From: Eledone cirrhosa
Lineage: Eukaryota
Reading direction: 5' to 3'
Assembly: GCA_964016885.1 (NCBI GenBank)
Contig: OZ024741.1
Coordinates: 250,170,001 to 250,234,000 of the forward strand
Length of the DNA: 64,000 bases
In this document: positions 10,501-24,800 of the stretch, piece after piece
Layout of the letters: each line of letters starts with the position of its first letter
How positions within the stretch are numbered: the stretch's first letter is position 1
Made by a program: the position numbers and the translations under genes
Notes under the pieces: model-generated
What the model was told of the DNA's origin: nothing
Database searches by the model: none
Seen by the model: the letters and a program-made list of their open reading frames with translations, nothing else

Positions 10501-12807
10501 GAGATAATTTGTAAAAAAAAATCAGGGGGAGATAATTTGTAAAAAAAATCAGGGGGAGATAATTTGTAAAAAAAATCAGGGGTAGATAATTTGTAAAAAA
10601 AAATCAGGGGGAGATAATTTGTAAAAAAAAAATCAGGGGGAGATAATTTGTAAAAAAATCAAGGGGAGATAATTTCCAGCCGTCCAAGGGGAGATAATTT
10701 TCAGCCGTCCAAGGAGAGGTAATTTCTAGCCGTCCAAGGGGAAATAATTTCCAGCCGTCCAAGGGGAGATAATTTTTTTTTAAAAATCAGGCGGAGATAA
10801 TTTGTAAACAAAAATCAGGGGGAGATAATTTGTAAAAAAAAATCAGGGGGAGATAATTTGTAAAAAAAAATCAGGGGGAGATAATTTGTAAAAAAAATCA
10901 AGGGGAGATAATTTCCAGCCGTCCAAGGGGAGGTAATATCTAGCCATCCAAGGGGAGATAATTTCCAGCCGTCCAAGGGGAGATAATTTCCAGCCGTCCA
11001 AGGGGAGATAATATCCAGCCGTCCAAGGAGACATATTTTCCAGCCGTCCAAGGAGAGGTAATTTCTAGCCGTCCAAGGGGAGATAAGTTCCTGCCTCCAA
11101 GGGGAGATAATTTCCAGCCAGCCAAGGGGAGATAATTTGTAAAAAAATCAGGGGGAGATAATTTGTAAAAAAAAAATCAGGGGGAGATAATTTGTAAAAA
11201 AATCAGGGGGAGATAATTTGTAAAAAAAAAATCAGGGGGAGATAATTTGTAAAAAAAATCAGGGGTAGATAATTTGTAAAAAAAATCAGGGGGAGATAAT
11301 TTGTAAAAAAAAAATCAGGGGGAGATAATTTGTAAAAAAATCAAGGGGAGATAATTTCCAGCCGTCCAAGGGGAGATAATTTTCAGCCGTCCAAGGAGAG
11401 ATAATTTCTAGCCGTCCAAGGGGAGATAATTTCCAGCCGTCCAAGGGGAGATAATTTTTTTTTAAAAATCAGGCGGAGATAATTTGTAAACAAAAATCAG
11501 GGGGAGATAATTTGTAAAAAAAAATCAGGGGGAGATAATTTGTAAAAAAAAATCAGGGGGAGATAATTTGTAAAAAAAAATCAAGGGGAGATAATTTCCA
11601 GCCGTCCAAGGGGAGGTAATATCTAGCCATCCAAGGGGAGATAATTTCCAGCCGTCCAAGGGGAGATAATTTCCAGCCGTCCAAGGGGAGATAATATCCA
11701 ACCGTCCAAGGAGACATATTTTCCAGCCGTCCAAGGAGAGGTAATTTCTAGCCGTCCATGGGGAGATAAGTTCCTGCCTCCAAGGGGAGATAATTTCCAG
11801 CCAGCCAAGGGGAGATAATTTGTAAAAAAATCAGGGGGAGATAATTTGTAAAAAAAAAATCAGGGGGAGATAATTTGTAAAAAAATCAGGGGGAGATAAT
11901 TTGTAAAAAAAATCAGGGGGAGATAATTTGTAAAAAAAATCAGGGGTAGATAATTTGTAAAAAAAATCAGGGGGAGATAATTTGTAAAAAAAATCAGGGG
12001 GAGATAATTTGTAAAAAAAACAGGGGTAGATAATTTTCAGCCCTCCAAGGGGAGATAATTTCCATCCTTCCAAGGTGAGATAATTTCCATCCGTCCAAGG
12101 GGAGATAATTTCCCGCCAGCCAAGGAGAGATAACATTTAAAAAAATCAGGCGGAGATAATTTGTAAAAAAAATCAGGGGGGGATAATTTGTAAAAAAATC
12201 AGGGGGAGATAATTTGTAAAAAAAATCAGGGGTAGATAATTTCCAGCCGTCCAAGGGGAGATAATTTCCATCCTTCCAAGGGGAGATAATTTCCAGCCGT
12301 CCAAGGGGAGATAATTTCCCGCCAGCCAAGGAGAGATAATATTTAAAAAAATCAGGCGGAGATAATTTGTAAAGAAAATCAGGGGGAGATAATTTGTAAA
12401 AAAATCAGGGGGAGATAATTTGTAAAAAAAAATCAGGGGGAGATAATTTGTAAAAAAAATCAGGGGGAGATAATTTGTAAAAAAAATCAGGGGTAGATAA
12501 TTTGTAAAAAAAAATCAGGGGGAGATAATTTGTAAAAAAAAAATCAGGGGGAGATAATTTGTAAAAAAATCAAGGGGAGATAATTTCCAGCCGTCCAAGG
12601 GGAGATAATTTTCAGCCGTCCAAGGAGAGGTAATTTCTAGCCGTCCAAGGGGAGATAATTTCCAGCCGTCCAAGGGGAGATAATTTTTTTTTAAAAATCA
12701 GGCGGAGATAATTTGTAAACAAAAATCAGGGGGAGATAATTTGTAAAAAAAAATCAGGGGGAGATAATTTGTAAAAAAAATCAGGGGGAGATAATTTGTA
12801 AAAAAAA

Positions 12808-15800
12808 TCAAGGGGAGATAATTTCCAGCCGTCCAAGGGGAGGTAATATCTAGCCATCCAAGGGGAGATAATTTCCAGCCGTCCAAGGGGAGATAATTTC
12901 CAGCCGTCCAAGGGGAGATAATATCCAGCCGTCCAAGGAGACATATTTTCCAGCCGTCCAAGGAGAGGTAATTTCTAGCCGTCCAAGGGGAGATAAGTTC
13001 CTGCCTCCAAGGGGAGATAATTTCCAGCCAGCCAAGGGGAGATAATTTGTAAAAAAATCAGAGGGAGATAATTTGTAAAAAAAAAATCAGGGGGAGATAA
13101 TTTGTAAAAAAATCAGGGGGAGATAATTTGTAAAAAAAAAATCAGGGGGAGATAATTTGTAAAAAAAATCAGGGGGAGATAATTTGTAAAAAAAATCAGG
13201 GGTAGATAATTTGTAAAAAAAATCAGGGGGAGATAATTTGTAAAAAAAATCAGGGGGAGATAATTTGTAAAAAAAACAGGGGTAGATAATTTTCAGCCCT
13301 CCAAGGGGAGATAATTTCCATCCTTCCAAGGGGAGATAATTTCCAGCCGTCCAAGGGGAGATAATTTCCCGCCAGCCAAGGAGAGATAACATTTAAAAAA
13401 ATCAGGCGGAGATAATTTGTAAAAAAAATCAGGGGGGGATAATTTGTAAAAAAATCAGGGGGAGATAATTTGTAAAAAAAAATCAGGGGTAGATAATTTC
13501 CAGCCGTCCAAGGGGAGATAATTTCCATCCTTCCAAGGGGAGATAATTTCCAGCCGTCCAAGGGGAGATAATTTCCCGCCAGCCAAGGAGAGATAATATT
13601 TAAAAAAATCAGGCGGAGATAATTTGTAAAAAAAATCAGGGGGAGATAATTTGTAAAAAAATCAGGGGGAGATAATTTGTAAAAAAAAATCAGAGGGAGA
13701 TAATTTGTAAAAAAAATCAGGGGGAGATAATTTGTAAAAAAAAATCAGGGGTAGATAATTTGTAAAAAAAAATCAGGGGGAGATAATTTGTAAAAAAAAA
13801 TCAGGGGGAGATAATTTGTAAAAAAATCAAGGGGAGATAATTTCCAGCCGTCCAAGGGGAGATAATTTTCAGCCGTCCAAGGAGAGGTAATTTCTAGCCG
13901 TCCAAGGGGAGATAATTTCCAGCCGTTCAAGGGGAGATAATTTTTTTAAAAAAATCAGGCGGAGATAATTTGTAAACAAAAATCAGGGGGAGATAATTTG
14001 TAAAAAAAAATCAGGGGGAGATAATTTGTAAAAAAAAATCAGGGGGAGATAATTTGTAAAAAAAATCAAGGGGAGATAATTTCCAGCCGTCCAAGGTGAG
14101 GTAATATCTAGCCATCCAAGGGGAGATAATTTCCAGCCGTCCAAGGGGAGATAATTTCCAGCGGTCCAAGGGGAGATAATATCCAGCCGTCCAAGGAGAC
14201 ATATTTTCCAGCCGTCCAAGGAGACGTAATTTCTAGCCGTCCAAGGGGAGATAAGTTCCAGCCTCCAAGGGGAGATAATTTCCAGCCAGCCAAGGGGAGA
14301 TAATTTGTAAAAAAATTAGGGGGAGATAATTTGTAAAAAAAAATTAGGGGGAGATAATTTGTAAAAAAAAATCAGGGGGAGATAATTTGTAAAAAAAAAT
14401 CAGGGGGAGATAATTTGTAAAAAAAATCAAGGGGAGATAATTTCCAGCCGTCCAAGGGGAGATAATTTTCAGCCGTCCAAGGAGAGGTAAATTCTAGCCG
14501 TACAAGGAGATATAATTTCCAGCCGTCCAAGGGGAGATAATTTCCAGCCGTCCAAGGGGAGATAATTTTTAAAAAAAAATCAGGCGGAGATAATTTGTAA
14601 ACAAAAATCAGGGGGAGATAATTTTTAAAAAAAAATCAGGGGGAGATAATTTGTAAAAAAAAATCAGGGGGAGATAATTTGTAAAAAAATCAAGGGGAGA
14701 TAATTTCCAGCCGTCCAAGGGGAGGTAATATCTAGCCATCCAAGGGGAGATAATTTCCAGCCGTCCAAGGGCAGATTATTTCCAGCCGTCCAAGGGGAGA
14801 TAATATCCAGCCGTCCAAGGAGACATATTTTCCAGCCGTCCAAGGAGAGGTAATTTCTAGCCGTCCAAGGGGAGATAAGTTCCAGCCTCCAAGGGGAGAT
14901 AATTTCCAGCCAGCCAAGGGGAGATAATTTGTAAAAAAATCAGGGGGGAGATAATTTGTAAAAAAAATCAGGGGGAGATAATTTGAAAAAAAAATCAGGG
15001 GGAGATAATTTGTAAAAAATATCAAGGGGAGATAATTTCCAGCCCTCCAAGGGGCTATAATTTCCAGCCGTGCAAGGGGAGATAATTTCCAGCCGTCCAA
15101 GGGGAGATAATTTCCATCCTTCCAAGGGGAGATAATTTCCAGCCGTCCAAGGGGAGATAATTTCCCGCCAGCCAAGGGAAGATAATTTTTTAAAAAATCA
15201 GGCGGAGATTGTAAAAAAAATCAGGGGGAGATAATTTGTAAAAAAATCAGGGGGAGATAATTTGTAAAAAAAAAATCAGGGGGAGATAATTTGTAAAAAA
15301 AAATCAGGGGGAGATAATTTGTAAAAAAAATCAGGGGGAGATAATTTGTAAAAAAAATCAGGGGTAGATAATTTGTAAAAAAAATCAGGGGGAGATAATT
15401 TGTAAAAAAAATCAGGGGGAGATAATTTGTAAAAAAAATCAGGGGTAGATAATTTTCAGCCGTCCAAGGGGAGATAATTTCCATCCTTCCAAGGGGAGAT
15501 AATTTCCAGCCGTCCAAGGGGAGATAATTTCCCGCCAGCCAAGGAGAGATAACATTAAAAAAAATCAGGCGGAGATAATTTGTAAAAAAATCAGGGGGAG
15601 ATAATTTGTAAAAAAAATCAGGGGTAGATAATTTTCAGCCGTCCAAGGGGAGATAATTTCCATCCTTCCAAGGGGAGATAATTTCCAGCCGTCCAAGGGG
15701 AGATAATTTCCCGCCAGCCAAGGAGAGATAACATTTAAAAAAATCAGGGGGAGATAATTTGTAAAAAAAAATCAGGGGGAGATAATTCGTAAAAAAAAAT

Positions 15801-18800
15801 CAGGGGGAGATAATTTGTAAAAAAAAATCAGGGGTAGATAATTTGTAAAAAAAAATCAGGGGGAGATAATTTGTAAAAAAAAAATCAGGGGGAGATAATT
15901 TGTAAAAAAATCAAGGGGAGATAATTTCCAGCCGTCCAAGGGGAGATAATTTTCAGCCGTCCAAGGAGAGGTAATTTCTAGCCGTCCAAGGGGAGATAAT
16001 TTCCAGCCGTCCAAGGGGAGATAATTTTTTTAAAAAAATCAGGCGGAGATAATTTGTAAACAAAAATCAGGGGGAGATAATTTGTAAAAAAAATCAGGGG
16101 GAGATAATTTGTAAAAAAAAATCAGGGGGAGATAATTTGTAAAAAAAATCAAGGGGAGATAATTTGTAAAAAAAAATCAGGGGTAGATAATTTGTAAAAA
16201 AAAATCAGGGGGAGATAATTTGTAAAAAAAAATCAGGGGGAGATAATTTGTAAAAAAAATCAAGGGGAGATAATTTCCAGCCGTCCAAGGGGAGGTAATA
16301 TCTAGCCATCCAAGGGGAGATAATTTCCAGCCGTCCAAGGGGAGATAATTTCCAGCCGTCCAAGGGGAGATAATATCCAGCCGTCCAAGGAGACATATTT
16401 TCCAGCCGTCCAAGGAGACGTAATTTCTAGCCGTCCAAGGGGAGATAAGTTCCAGCCTCCAAGGGGAGATAATTTCCAGCCAGCCAAGGGGAGATAATTT
16501 GTAAAAAAATTAGGGGGCGATAATTTGTAAAAAAAAATTAGGGGGAGATAATTTGTAAAAAAAAATCAGGGGGAGATAATTTGTAAAAAAAAATCAGGGG
16601 GAGATAATTTGTAAAAAAAATCAAGGGGAGATAATTTCCAGCCGTCCAAGGGGAGATAATTTTCAGCCGTCCAAGGAGAGGTAAATTCTAGCCGTCCAAG
16701 GAGATATAATTTCCAGCCGTCCAAGGGGAGATAATTTCCAGCCGTCCAAGGGGAGATAATTTTAAAAAAAAAATCAGGCGGAGATAATTTGTAAACAAAA
16801 ATCAGGGGGAGATAATTTTTAAAAAAAAATCAGGGGGAGATAATTTGTAAAAAAAAATCAGGGGGAGATAATTTGTAAAAAAAATCAAGGGGAGATAATT
16901 TCCAGCCGTCCAAGGGGAGGTAATATCTAGCCATCCAAGGGGAGATAATTTCCAGCCGTCCAAGGGGAGATAATTTCCAGCCGTCCAAGGGGAGATAATA
17001 TCCAGCCGTCCAAGGAGACATATTTTCCAGCCGTCCAAGGAGAGGTAATTTCTAGCCGTCCAAGGGGAGATAAGTTCCAGCCTCCAAGGGGAGATAATTT
17101 CCAGCCAGCCAAGGGGAGATAATTTGTAAAAAAATCAGGGGGGAGATAATTTGTAAAAAAAATCAGGGGGAGATAATTAGAAAAAAAAATCAGGGGGAGA
17201 TAATTTGTAAAAAATATCAAGGGGAGATAATTTCCAGCCCTCCAAGGGGCTATAATTTCCAGCCGTGCAAGAGGAGATAATTTCCAGCCGTCCAAGGGGA
17301 GATAATTTCCATCCTTCCAAGGGGAGATAATTTCCAGCCGTCCAAGGGGAGATAATTTCCCGCCAGCCAAGGGAAGATAATTTTTTAAAAAATCAGGCGG
17401 AGATTGTAAAAAAAATCAGGGGGAGACAATTTGTAAAAAAATCAGGGGGAGATAATTTGTAAAAAAAAAATCAGGGGGAGATAATTTGTAAAAAAAAATC
17501 AGGGGGAGATAATTTGTAAAAAAAATCAGGGGGAGATAATTTGTAAAAAAAATCAGGGGTAGATAATTTGTAAAAAAAATCAGGGGGAGATAATTTGTAA
17601 AAAAAATCAGGGGGAGATAATTTGTAAAAAAAATCAGGGGTAGATAATTTTCAGCCGTCCAAGGGGAGATAATTTCCATCCTTCCAAGGGGAGATAATTT
17701 CCAGCCGTCCAAGGGGAGATAATTTCCCGCCAGCCAAGGAGAGATAACATTTAAAAAAATCAGGCGGAGATAATTTGTAAAAAAATCAGGAGGAGATAAT
17801 TTGTAAAAAAAATCAGGGGTAGATAATTTCCAGCCGTCCAAGGGGAGATAATTTCCATCCTTCCAAGGGGAGATAATTTCCAGCCGTCCAAGGGGAGATA
17901 ATTTCCCGCCAGCCAAGGAGAGATAATATTTAAAAAAATCAGGCGGAGATAATTTGTAAAAAAAATCAGGGGGAGATAATTTGTAAAAAAATCAGGGGTA
18001 GATAATTTGTAAAAAAAAATCAGGGGGAGATAATTTGTAAAAAAAAATCAGGGAGAGATAATTTGTAAAAAAAAATCAGGGGTAGATAATTTGTAAAAAA
18101 AAATCAGGGGGAGATAATTTGTAAAAAAAAAATCAGGGGGAGATAATTTGTAAAAAAATCAAGGGGAGATAATTTCCAGCCGTCCAAGGGGAGATAATTT
18201 TCAGCCGTCCAAGGAGAGGTAATTTCTAGCCGTTCAAGGGGAGATAATTTCCAGCCGTCCAAGGGGAGATAATTTTTTTAAAAAAATCAGGCGGAGATAA
18301 TTTGTAAACAAAAATCAGGGGGAGATAATTTGTAAAAAAAAATCAGGGGGAGATAATTTGTAAAAAAAAATCAGGGGGAGATAATTTGTAAAAAAAATCA
18401 AGGGGAGATAATTTGTAAAAAAAAATCAGGGGTAGATAATTTGTAAAAAAAAATCAGGGGGAGATAATTTGTAAAAAAAAAATCAGGGGGAGATAATTTG
18501 TAAAAAAATCAAGGGGAGATAATTTCCAGCCGTCCAAGGGGAGATAATTTTCAGCCGTCCAAGGAGAGGTAATTTCTAGCCGTCCAAGGGGAGATAATTT
18601 CCAGCCAGCCAAGGGGAGATAATTTGTAAAAAAATCAGGGGTAGATAATTTGTAAAAAAAAATCAGGGGGAGATAATTTGTAAAAAAAATCAGGGGGAGA
18701 TAATTTGTAAAAAAAATCAGGGGTAGATAATTTCCAGCCGTCCAAGGGGAGATAATTTCCATCCTTCCAAGGGGAGATAATTTCCAGCCGTCCAAGGGGA

Positions 18801-21800
18801 GATAATTTCCCGCCAGCCAAGGAGAGATAACATTTAAAAAAATCAGGCGGAGATAATTTGTAAAAAAAATCAGGGGGAGATAATTTGTAAAAAAATCAGG
18901 GGGAGATAATTTGTAAAAAAAATCAGGGGTAGATAATTTCCAGCCGTCCAAGGGGAGATAATTTCCATCCTTCCAAGGGGAGATAATTTCCAGCCGTCCA
19001 AGGGGAGATAATTTCCCGCCAGCCAAGGAGAGATAATATTTAAAAAAATCAGGCGGAGATAATTTGTAAAAAAAATCAGGGGGAGATAATTTGTAAAAAA
19101 ATCAGGGGGAGATAATTTGTAAAAAAAAATCAGGGGAGATAATTTGTAAAAAAAATCAGGGGGAGATAATTTGTAAAAAAAAATCAGGGGTAGATAATTT
19201 GTAAAAAAAAATCAGGGGGAGATAATTTGTAAAATAAAAATCAGGGGGAGATAATTTGTAAAAAAATCAAGGGGAGATAATTTCCAGCCGTCCAAGGGGA
19301 GATAATTTTCAGCCGTCCAAGGAGGTAATTTCTAGCCGTCCAAGGGGAGATAATTTCCAGCCGTCCAAGGGGAGATAATTTTTTTAAAAAAATCAGGCGG
19401 AGATAATTTGTAAACAAAAATCAGGGGGAGATAATTTGTAAAAAAAAATCAGGGGGAGATAATTTGTAAAAAAAAATCAGGGGGAGATAATTTGTAAAAA
19501 AAATCAAGGGGAGATAATTTCCAGCCGTCCAAGGGGAGGTAATATCTAGCCATCCAAGGGGAGATAATTTCCAGCCGTCCAAGCGGAGATAATTTCCAGC
19601 CGTCCAAGGGGAGATAATATCCAGCCGTCCAAGGAGACATATTTTCCAGCCGTCTAAGGAGAGGTAATTTCTAGCCGTCCAAGGGGAGATAAGTTCCAGC
19701 CTCCAAGGGGAGATAATTTCCAGCCAGCCAAGGGGAGATAATTTGTAAAAAAATCAGGGGGAGATAATTTGTAAAAAAAAAATCAGGGGGAGATAATTTG
19801 TAAAAAAATCAGGGGGAGATAATTTGTAAAAAAAAAATCAGGGGGAGATAATTTGTAAAAAAAATCAGGGGGAGATAATTTGTAGAAAAAATCAGGGGTA
19901 GATTTGCAAAAAAATCAGGGGGAGATAATTTGTAAAAAAAATCAGGGGGAGATAATTTGTAAAAAAAATCAGGGGTAGATAATTTTCAGCCGTCCAAGGG
20001 GAGATAATTTCCATCCTTCCAAGGGGAGATAATTTCCAGCCGTCCAAGGGGAGATAATTTCCCGCCAGCCAAGGACAGATAACATTTAAAAAAATCAGGC
20101 GGAGATAATTTGTAAAAAAATCAGGGGGAGATAATTTGTAAAAAAATCAGGGGGAGATAATTTGTAAAAAAAATCAGGGGTAGATAATTTCCAGCCGTCC
20201 AAGGGGAGATAATTTCCATCCTTCCAAGGGGAGATAATTCCCAGCCGTCCAAGGGGAGATAATTTCCCGCCAGCCAAGGAGAGATAATATTTAAAAAAAT
20301 CAGGCGGAGATAATTTGTAAAGAAAATCAGGGGGAGATAATTTGTAAAAAAATCAGGGGGAGATAATTTGTAAAAAAAAATCAGGGGGAGATAATTTGTA
20401 AAAAAAATCAGGGGGAGATAATTTGTAAAAAAAATCAGGGGTAGATAATTTGTAAAAAAAAATCAGGGGGAGATAATTTGTAAAAAAAAAATCAGGGGGA
20501 GATAATTTGTAAAAAAATCAAGGGGAGATAATTTCCAGCCGTCCAAGGGGAGATAATTTTCAGCCGTCCAAGGAGAGGTAATTTCTAGCCGTCCAAGGGG
20601 AAATAATTTCCAGCCGTCCAAGGGGAGATAATTTTTTTTTAAAAATCAGGCGGAGATAATTTGTAAACAAAAATCAGGGGGAGATAATTTGTAAAAAAAA
20701 ATCAGGGGGAGATAATTTGTAAAAAAAAATCAGGGGGAGATAATTTGTAAAAAAAATCAAGGGGAGATAATTTGTAAAAAAAAATCAGGGGTAGATAATT
20801 TGTAAAAAAAAATCAGGGGGAGATAATTTGTAAAAAAAAAATCAGGGGGAGATAATTTGTAAAAAAATCAAGGGGAGATAATTTCCAGCCGTCCAAGGGG
20901 AGATAATTTTCAGCCGTCCAAGGAGAGGTAATTTCTAGCCGTCCAAGGGGAGATAATTTCCAGCCAGCCAAGGGGAGATAATTTGTAAAAAAATCAGGGG
21001 TAGATAATTTGTAAAAAAAAATCAGGGGGAGATAATTTGTAAAAAAAATCAGGGGGAGATAATTTGTAAAAAAAATCAGGGGTAGATAATTTCCAGCCGT
21101 CCAAGGGGAGATAATTTCCATCCTTCCAAGGGGAGATAATTTCCAGCCGTCCAAGGGGAGATAATTTCCCGCCAGCCAAGGAGAGATAACATTTAAAAAA
21201 ATCAGGCGGAGATAATTTGTAAAAAAAATCAGGGGGAGATAATTTGTAAAAAAATCAGGGGGAGATAATTTGTAAAAAAAATCAGGGGTAGATAATTTCC
21301 AGCCGTCCAAGGGGAGATAATTTCCATCCTTCCAAGGGGAGATAATTTCCAGCCGTCCAAGGGGAGATAATTTCCCGCCAGCCAAGGAGAGATAATATTT
21401 AAAAAAATCAGGCGGAGATAATTTGTAAAAAAAATCAGGGGGAGATAATTTGTAAAAAAATCAGGGGGAGATAATTTGTAAAAAAAAATCAGGGGAGATA
21501 ATTTGTAAAAAAAATCAGGGGGAGATAATTTGTAAAAAAAAATCAGGGGTAGATAATTTGTAAAAAAAAATCAGGGGGAGATAATTTGTAAAATAAAAAT
21601 CAGGGGGAGATAATTTGTAAAAAAATCAAGGGGAGATAATTTCCAGCCGTCCAAGGGGAGATAATTTTCAGCCGTCCAAGGAGGTAATTTCTAGCCGTCC
21701 AAGGGGAGATAATTTCCAGCCGTCCAAGGGGAGATAATTTTTTTAAAAAAATCAGGCGGAGATAATTTGTAAACAAAAATCAGGGGGAGATAATTTGTAA

Positions 21801-24800
21801 AAAAAAATCAGGGGGAGATAATTTGTAAAAAAAAATCAGGGGGAGATAATTTGTAAAAAAAATCAAGGGGAGATAATTTCCAGCCGTCCAAGGGGAGGTA
21901 ATATCTAGCCATCCAAGGGGAGATAATTTCCAGCCGTCCAAGCGGAGATAATTTCCAGCCGTCCAAGGGGAGATAATATCCAGCCGTCCAAGGAGACATA
22001 TTTTCCAGCCGTCTAAGGAGAGGTAATTTCTAGCCGTCCAAGGGGAGATAAGTTCCAGCCTCCAAGGGGAGATAATTTCCAGCCAGCCAAGGGGAGATAA
22101 TTTGTAAAAAAATCAGGGGGAGATAATTTGTAAAAAAAAAATCAGGGGGAGATAATTTGTAAAAAAATCAGGGGGAGATAATTTGTAAAAAAAAAATCAG
22201 GGGGAGATAATTTGTAAAAAAAATCAGGGGGAGATAATTTGTAGAAAAAATCAGGGGTAGATTTGCAAAAAAATCAGGGGGAGATAATTTGTAAAAAAAA
22301 TCAGGGGGAGATAATTTGTAAAAAAAATCAGGGGTAGATAATTTTCAGCCGTCCAAGGGGAGATAATTTCCATCCTTCCAAGGGGAGATAATTTCCAGCC
22401 GTCCAAGGGGAGATAATTTCCCGCCAGCCAAGGACAGATAACATTTAAAAAAATCAGGCGGAGATAATTTGTAAAAAAATCAGGGGGAGATAATTTGTAA
22501 AAAAATCAGGGGGAGATAATTTGTAAAAAAAATCAGGGGTAGATAATTTCCAGCCGTCCAAGGGGAGATAATTTCCATCCTTCCAAGGGGAGATAATTCC
22601 CAGCCGTCCAAGGGGAGATAATTTCCCGCCAGCCAAGGAGAGATAATATTTAAAAAAATCAGGCGGAGATAATTTGTAAAGAAAATCAGGGGGAGATAAT
22701 TTGTAAAAAAATCAGGGGGAGATAATTTGTAAAAAAAAATCAGGGGGAGATAATTTGTAAAAAAAATCAGGGGGAGATAATTTGTAAAAAAAATCAGGGG
22801 TAGATAATTTGTAAAAAAAAATCAGGGGGAGATAATTTGTAAAAAAAAAATCAGGGGGAGATAATTTGTAAAAAAATCAAGGGGAGATAATTTCCAGCCG
22901 TCCAAGGGGAGATAATTTTCAGCCGTCCAAGGAGAGGTAATTTCTAGCCGTCCAAGGGGAAATAATTTCCAGCCGTCCAAGGGGAGATAATTTTTTTTTA
23001 AAAATCAGGCGGAGATAATTTGTAAACAAAAATCAGGGGGAGATAATTTGTAAAAAAAAATCAGGGGGAGATAATTTGTAAAAAAAAATCAGGGGGAGAT
23101 AATTTGTAAAAAAAATCAAGGGGAGATAATTTCCAGCCGTCCAAGGGGAGGTAATATCTAGCCATCCAAGGGGAGATAATTTTCAGCCGTCCAAGGGGAG
23201 ATAATTTCCAGCCGTCCAAGGGGAGATAATATCCAGCCGTCCAAGGAGACATATTTTCCAGCCGTCCAAGGAGAGGTAATTTCTAGCCGTCCAAGGGGAG
23301 ATAAGTTCCTGCCTCCAAGGGGAGATAATTTCCAGCCAGCCAAGGGGAGATAATTTGTAAAAAAATCAGGGGGAGATAATTTGTAAAAAAAAAATCAGGG
23401 GGAGATAATTTGTAAAAAAATCAGGGGGAGATAATTTGTAAAAAAAAAATCAGGGGGAGATAATTTGTAAAAAAAATCAGGGGTAGATAATTTGTAAAAA
23501 AAATCAGGGGGAGATAATTTGTAAAAAAAAAATCAGGGGGAGATAATTTGTAAAAAAATCAAGGGGAGATAATTTCCAGCCGTCCAAGGGGAGATAATTT
23601 TCAGCCGTCCAAGGAGAGGTAATTTCTAGCCGTCCAAGGGGAGATAATTTCCAGCCGTCCAAGGGGAGATAATTTTTTTTTAAAAATCAGGCGGAGATAA
23701 TTTGTAAACAAAAATCAGGGGGAGATAATTTGTAAAAAAAAATCAGGGGGAGATAATTTGTAAAAAAAAATCAGGGGGAGATAATTTGTAAAAAAAATCA
23801 AGGGGAGATAATTTCCAGCCGTCCAAGGGGAGGTAATATCTAGCCATCCAAGGGGAGATAATTTCCAGCCGTCCAAGGGGAGATAATTTCCAGCCGTCCA
23901 AGGGGAGATAATATCCAACCGTCCAAGGAGACATATTTTCCAGCCGTCCAAGGAGAGGTAATTTCTAGCCGTCCAAGGGGAGATAAGTTCCTGCCTCCAA
24001 GGGGAGATAATTTCCAGCCAGCCAAGGGGAGATAATTTGTAAAAAAATCAGGGGGAGATAATTTGTAAAAAAAAAATCAGGGGGAGATAATTTGTAAAAA
24101 AATCAGGGGGAGATAATTTGTAAAAAAAATCAGGGGGAGATAATTTGTAAAAAAAATCAGGGGTAGATAATTTGTAAAAAAAATCAGGGGGAGATAATTT
24201 GTAAAAAAAATCAGGGGGAGATAATTTGTAAAAAAAACAGGGGTAGATAATTTTCAGCCCTCCAAGGGGAGATAATTTCCATCCTTCCAAGGTGAGATAA
24301 TTTCCATCCGTCCAAGGGGAGATAATTTCCCGCCAGCCAAGGAGAGATAACATTTAAAAAAATCAGGCGGAGATAATTTGTAAAAAAAATCAGGGGGGGA
24401 TAATTTGTAAAAAAATCAGGGGGAGATAATTTGTAAAAAAAATCAGGGGTAGATAATTTCCAGCCGTCCAAGGGGAGATAATTTCCATCCTTCCAAGGGG
24501 AGATAATTTCCAGCCGTCCAAGGGGAGATAATTTCCCGCCAGCCAAGGAGAGATAATATTTAAAAAAATCAGGCGGAGATAATTTGTAAAGAAAATCAGG
24601 GGGAGATAATTTGTAAAAAAATCAGGGGGAGATAATTTGTAAAAAAAAATCAGGGGGAGATAATTTGTAAAAAAAATCAGGGGGAGATAATTTGTAAAAA
24701 AAATCAGGGGTAGATAATTTGTAAAAAAAAATCAGGGGGAGATAATTTGTAAAAAAAAAATCAGGGGGAGATAATTTGTAAAAAAATCAAGGGGAGATAA

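Larger units (their letters stand above)
982..12807 (+). repeat. Higher-order repeat copy 1, reference-length unit (11,826 bp, 39 B-runs)
   Basis: Constant 11,826-11,827 bp offset between matching diagnostic ORFs and variants (1024/12850, 1261/13087, 1918/13745, 2906/14732, 3395/15221). The phase was chosen arbitrarily at a Y-run start. Confidence 0.85.
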
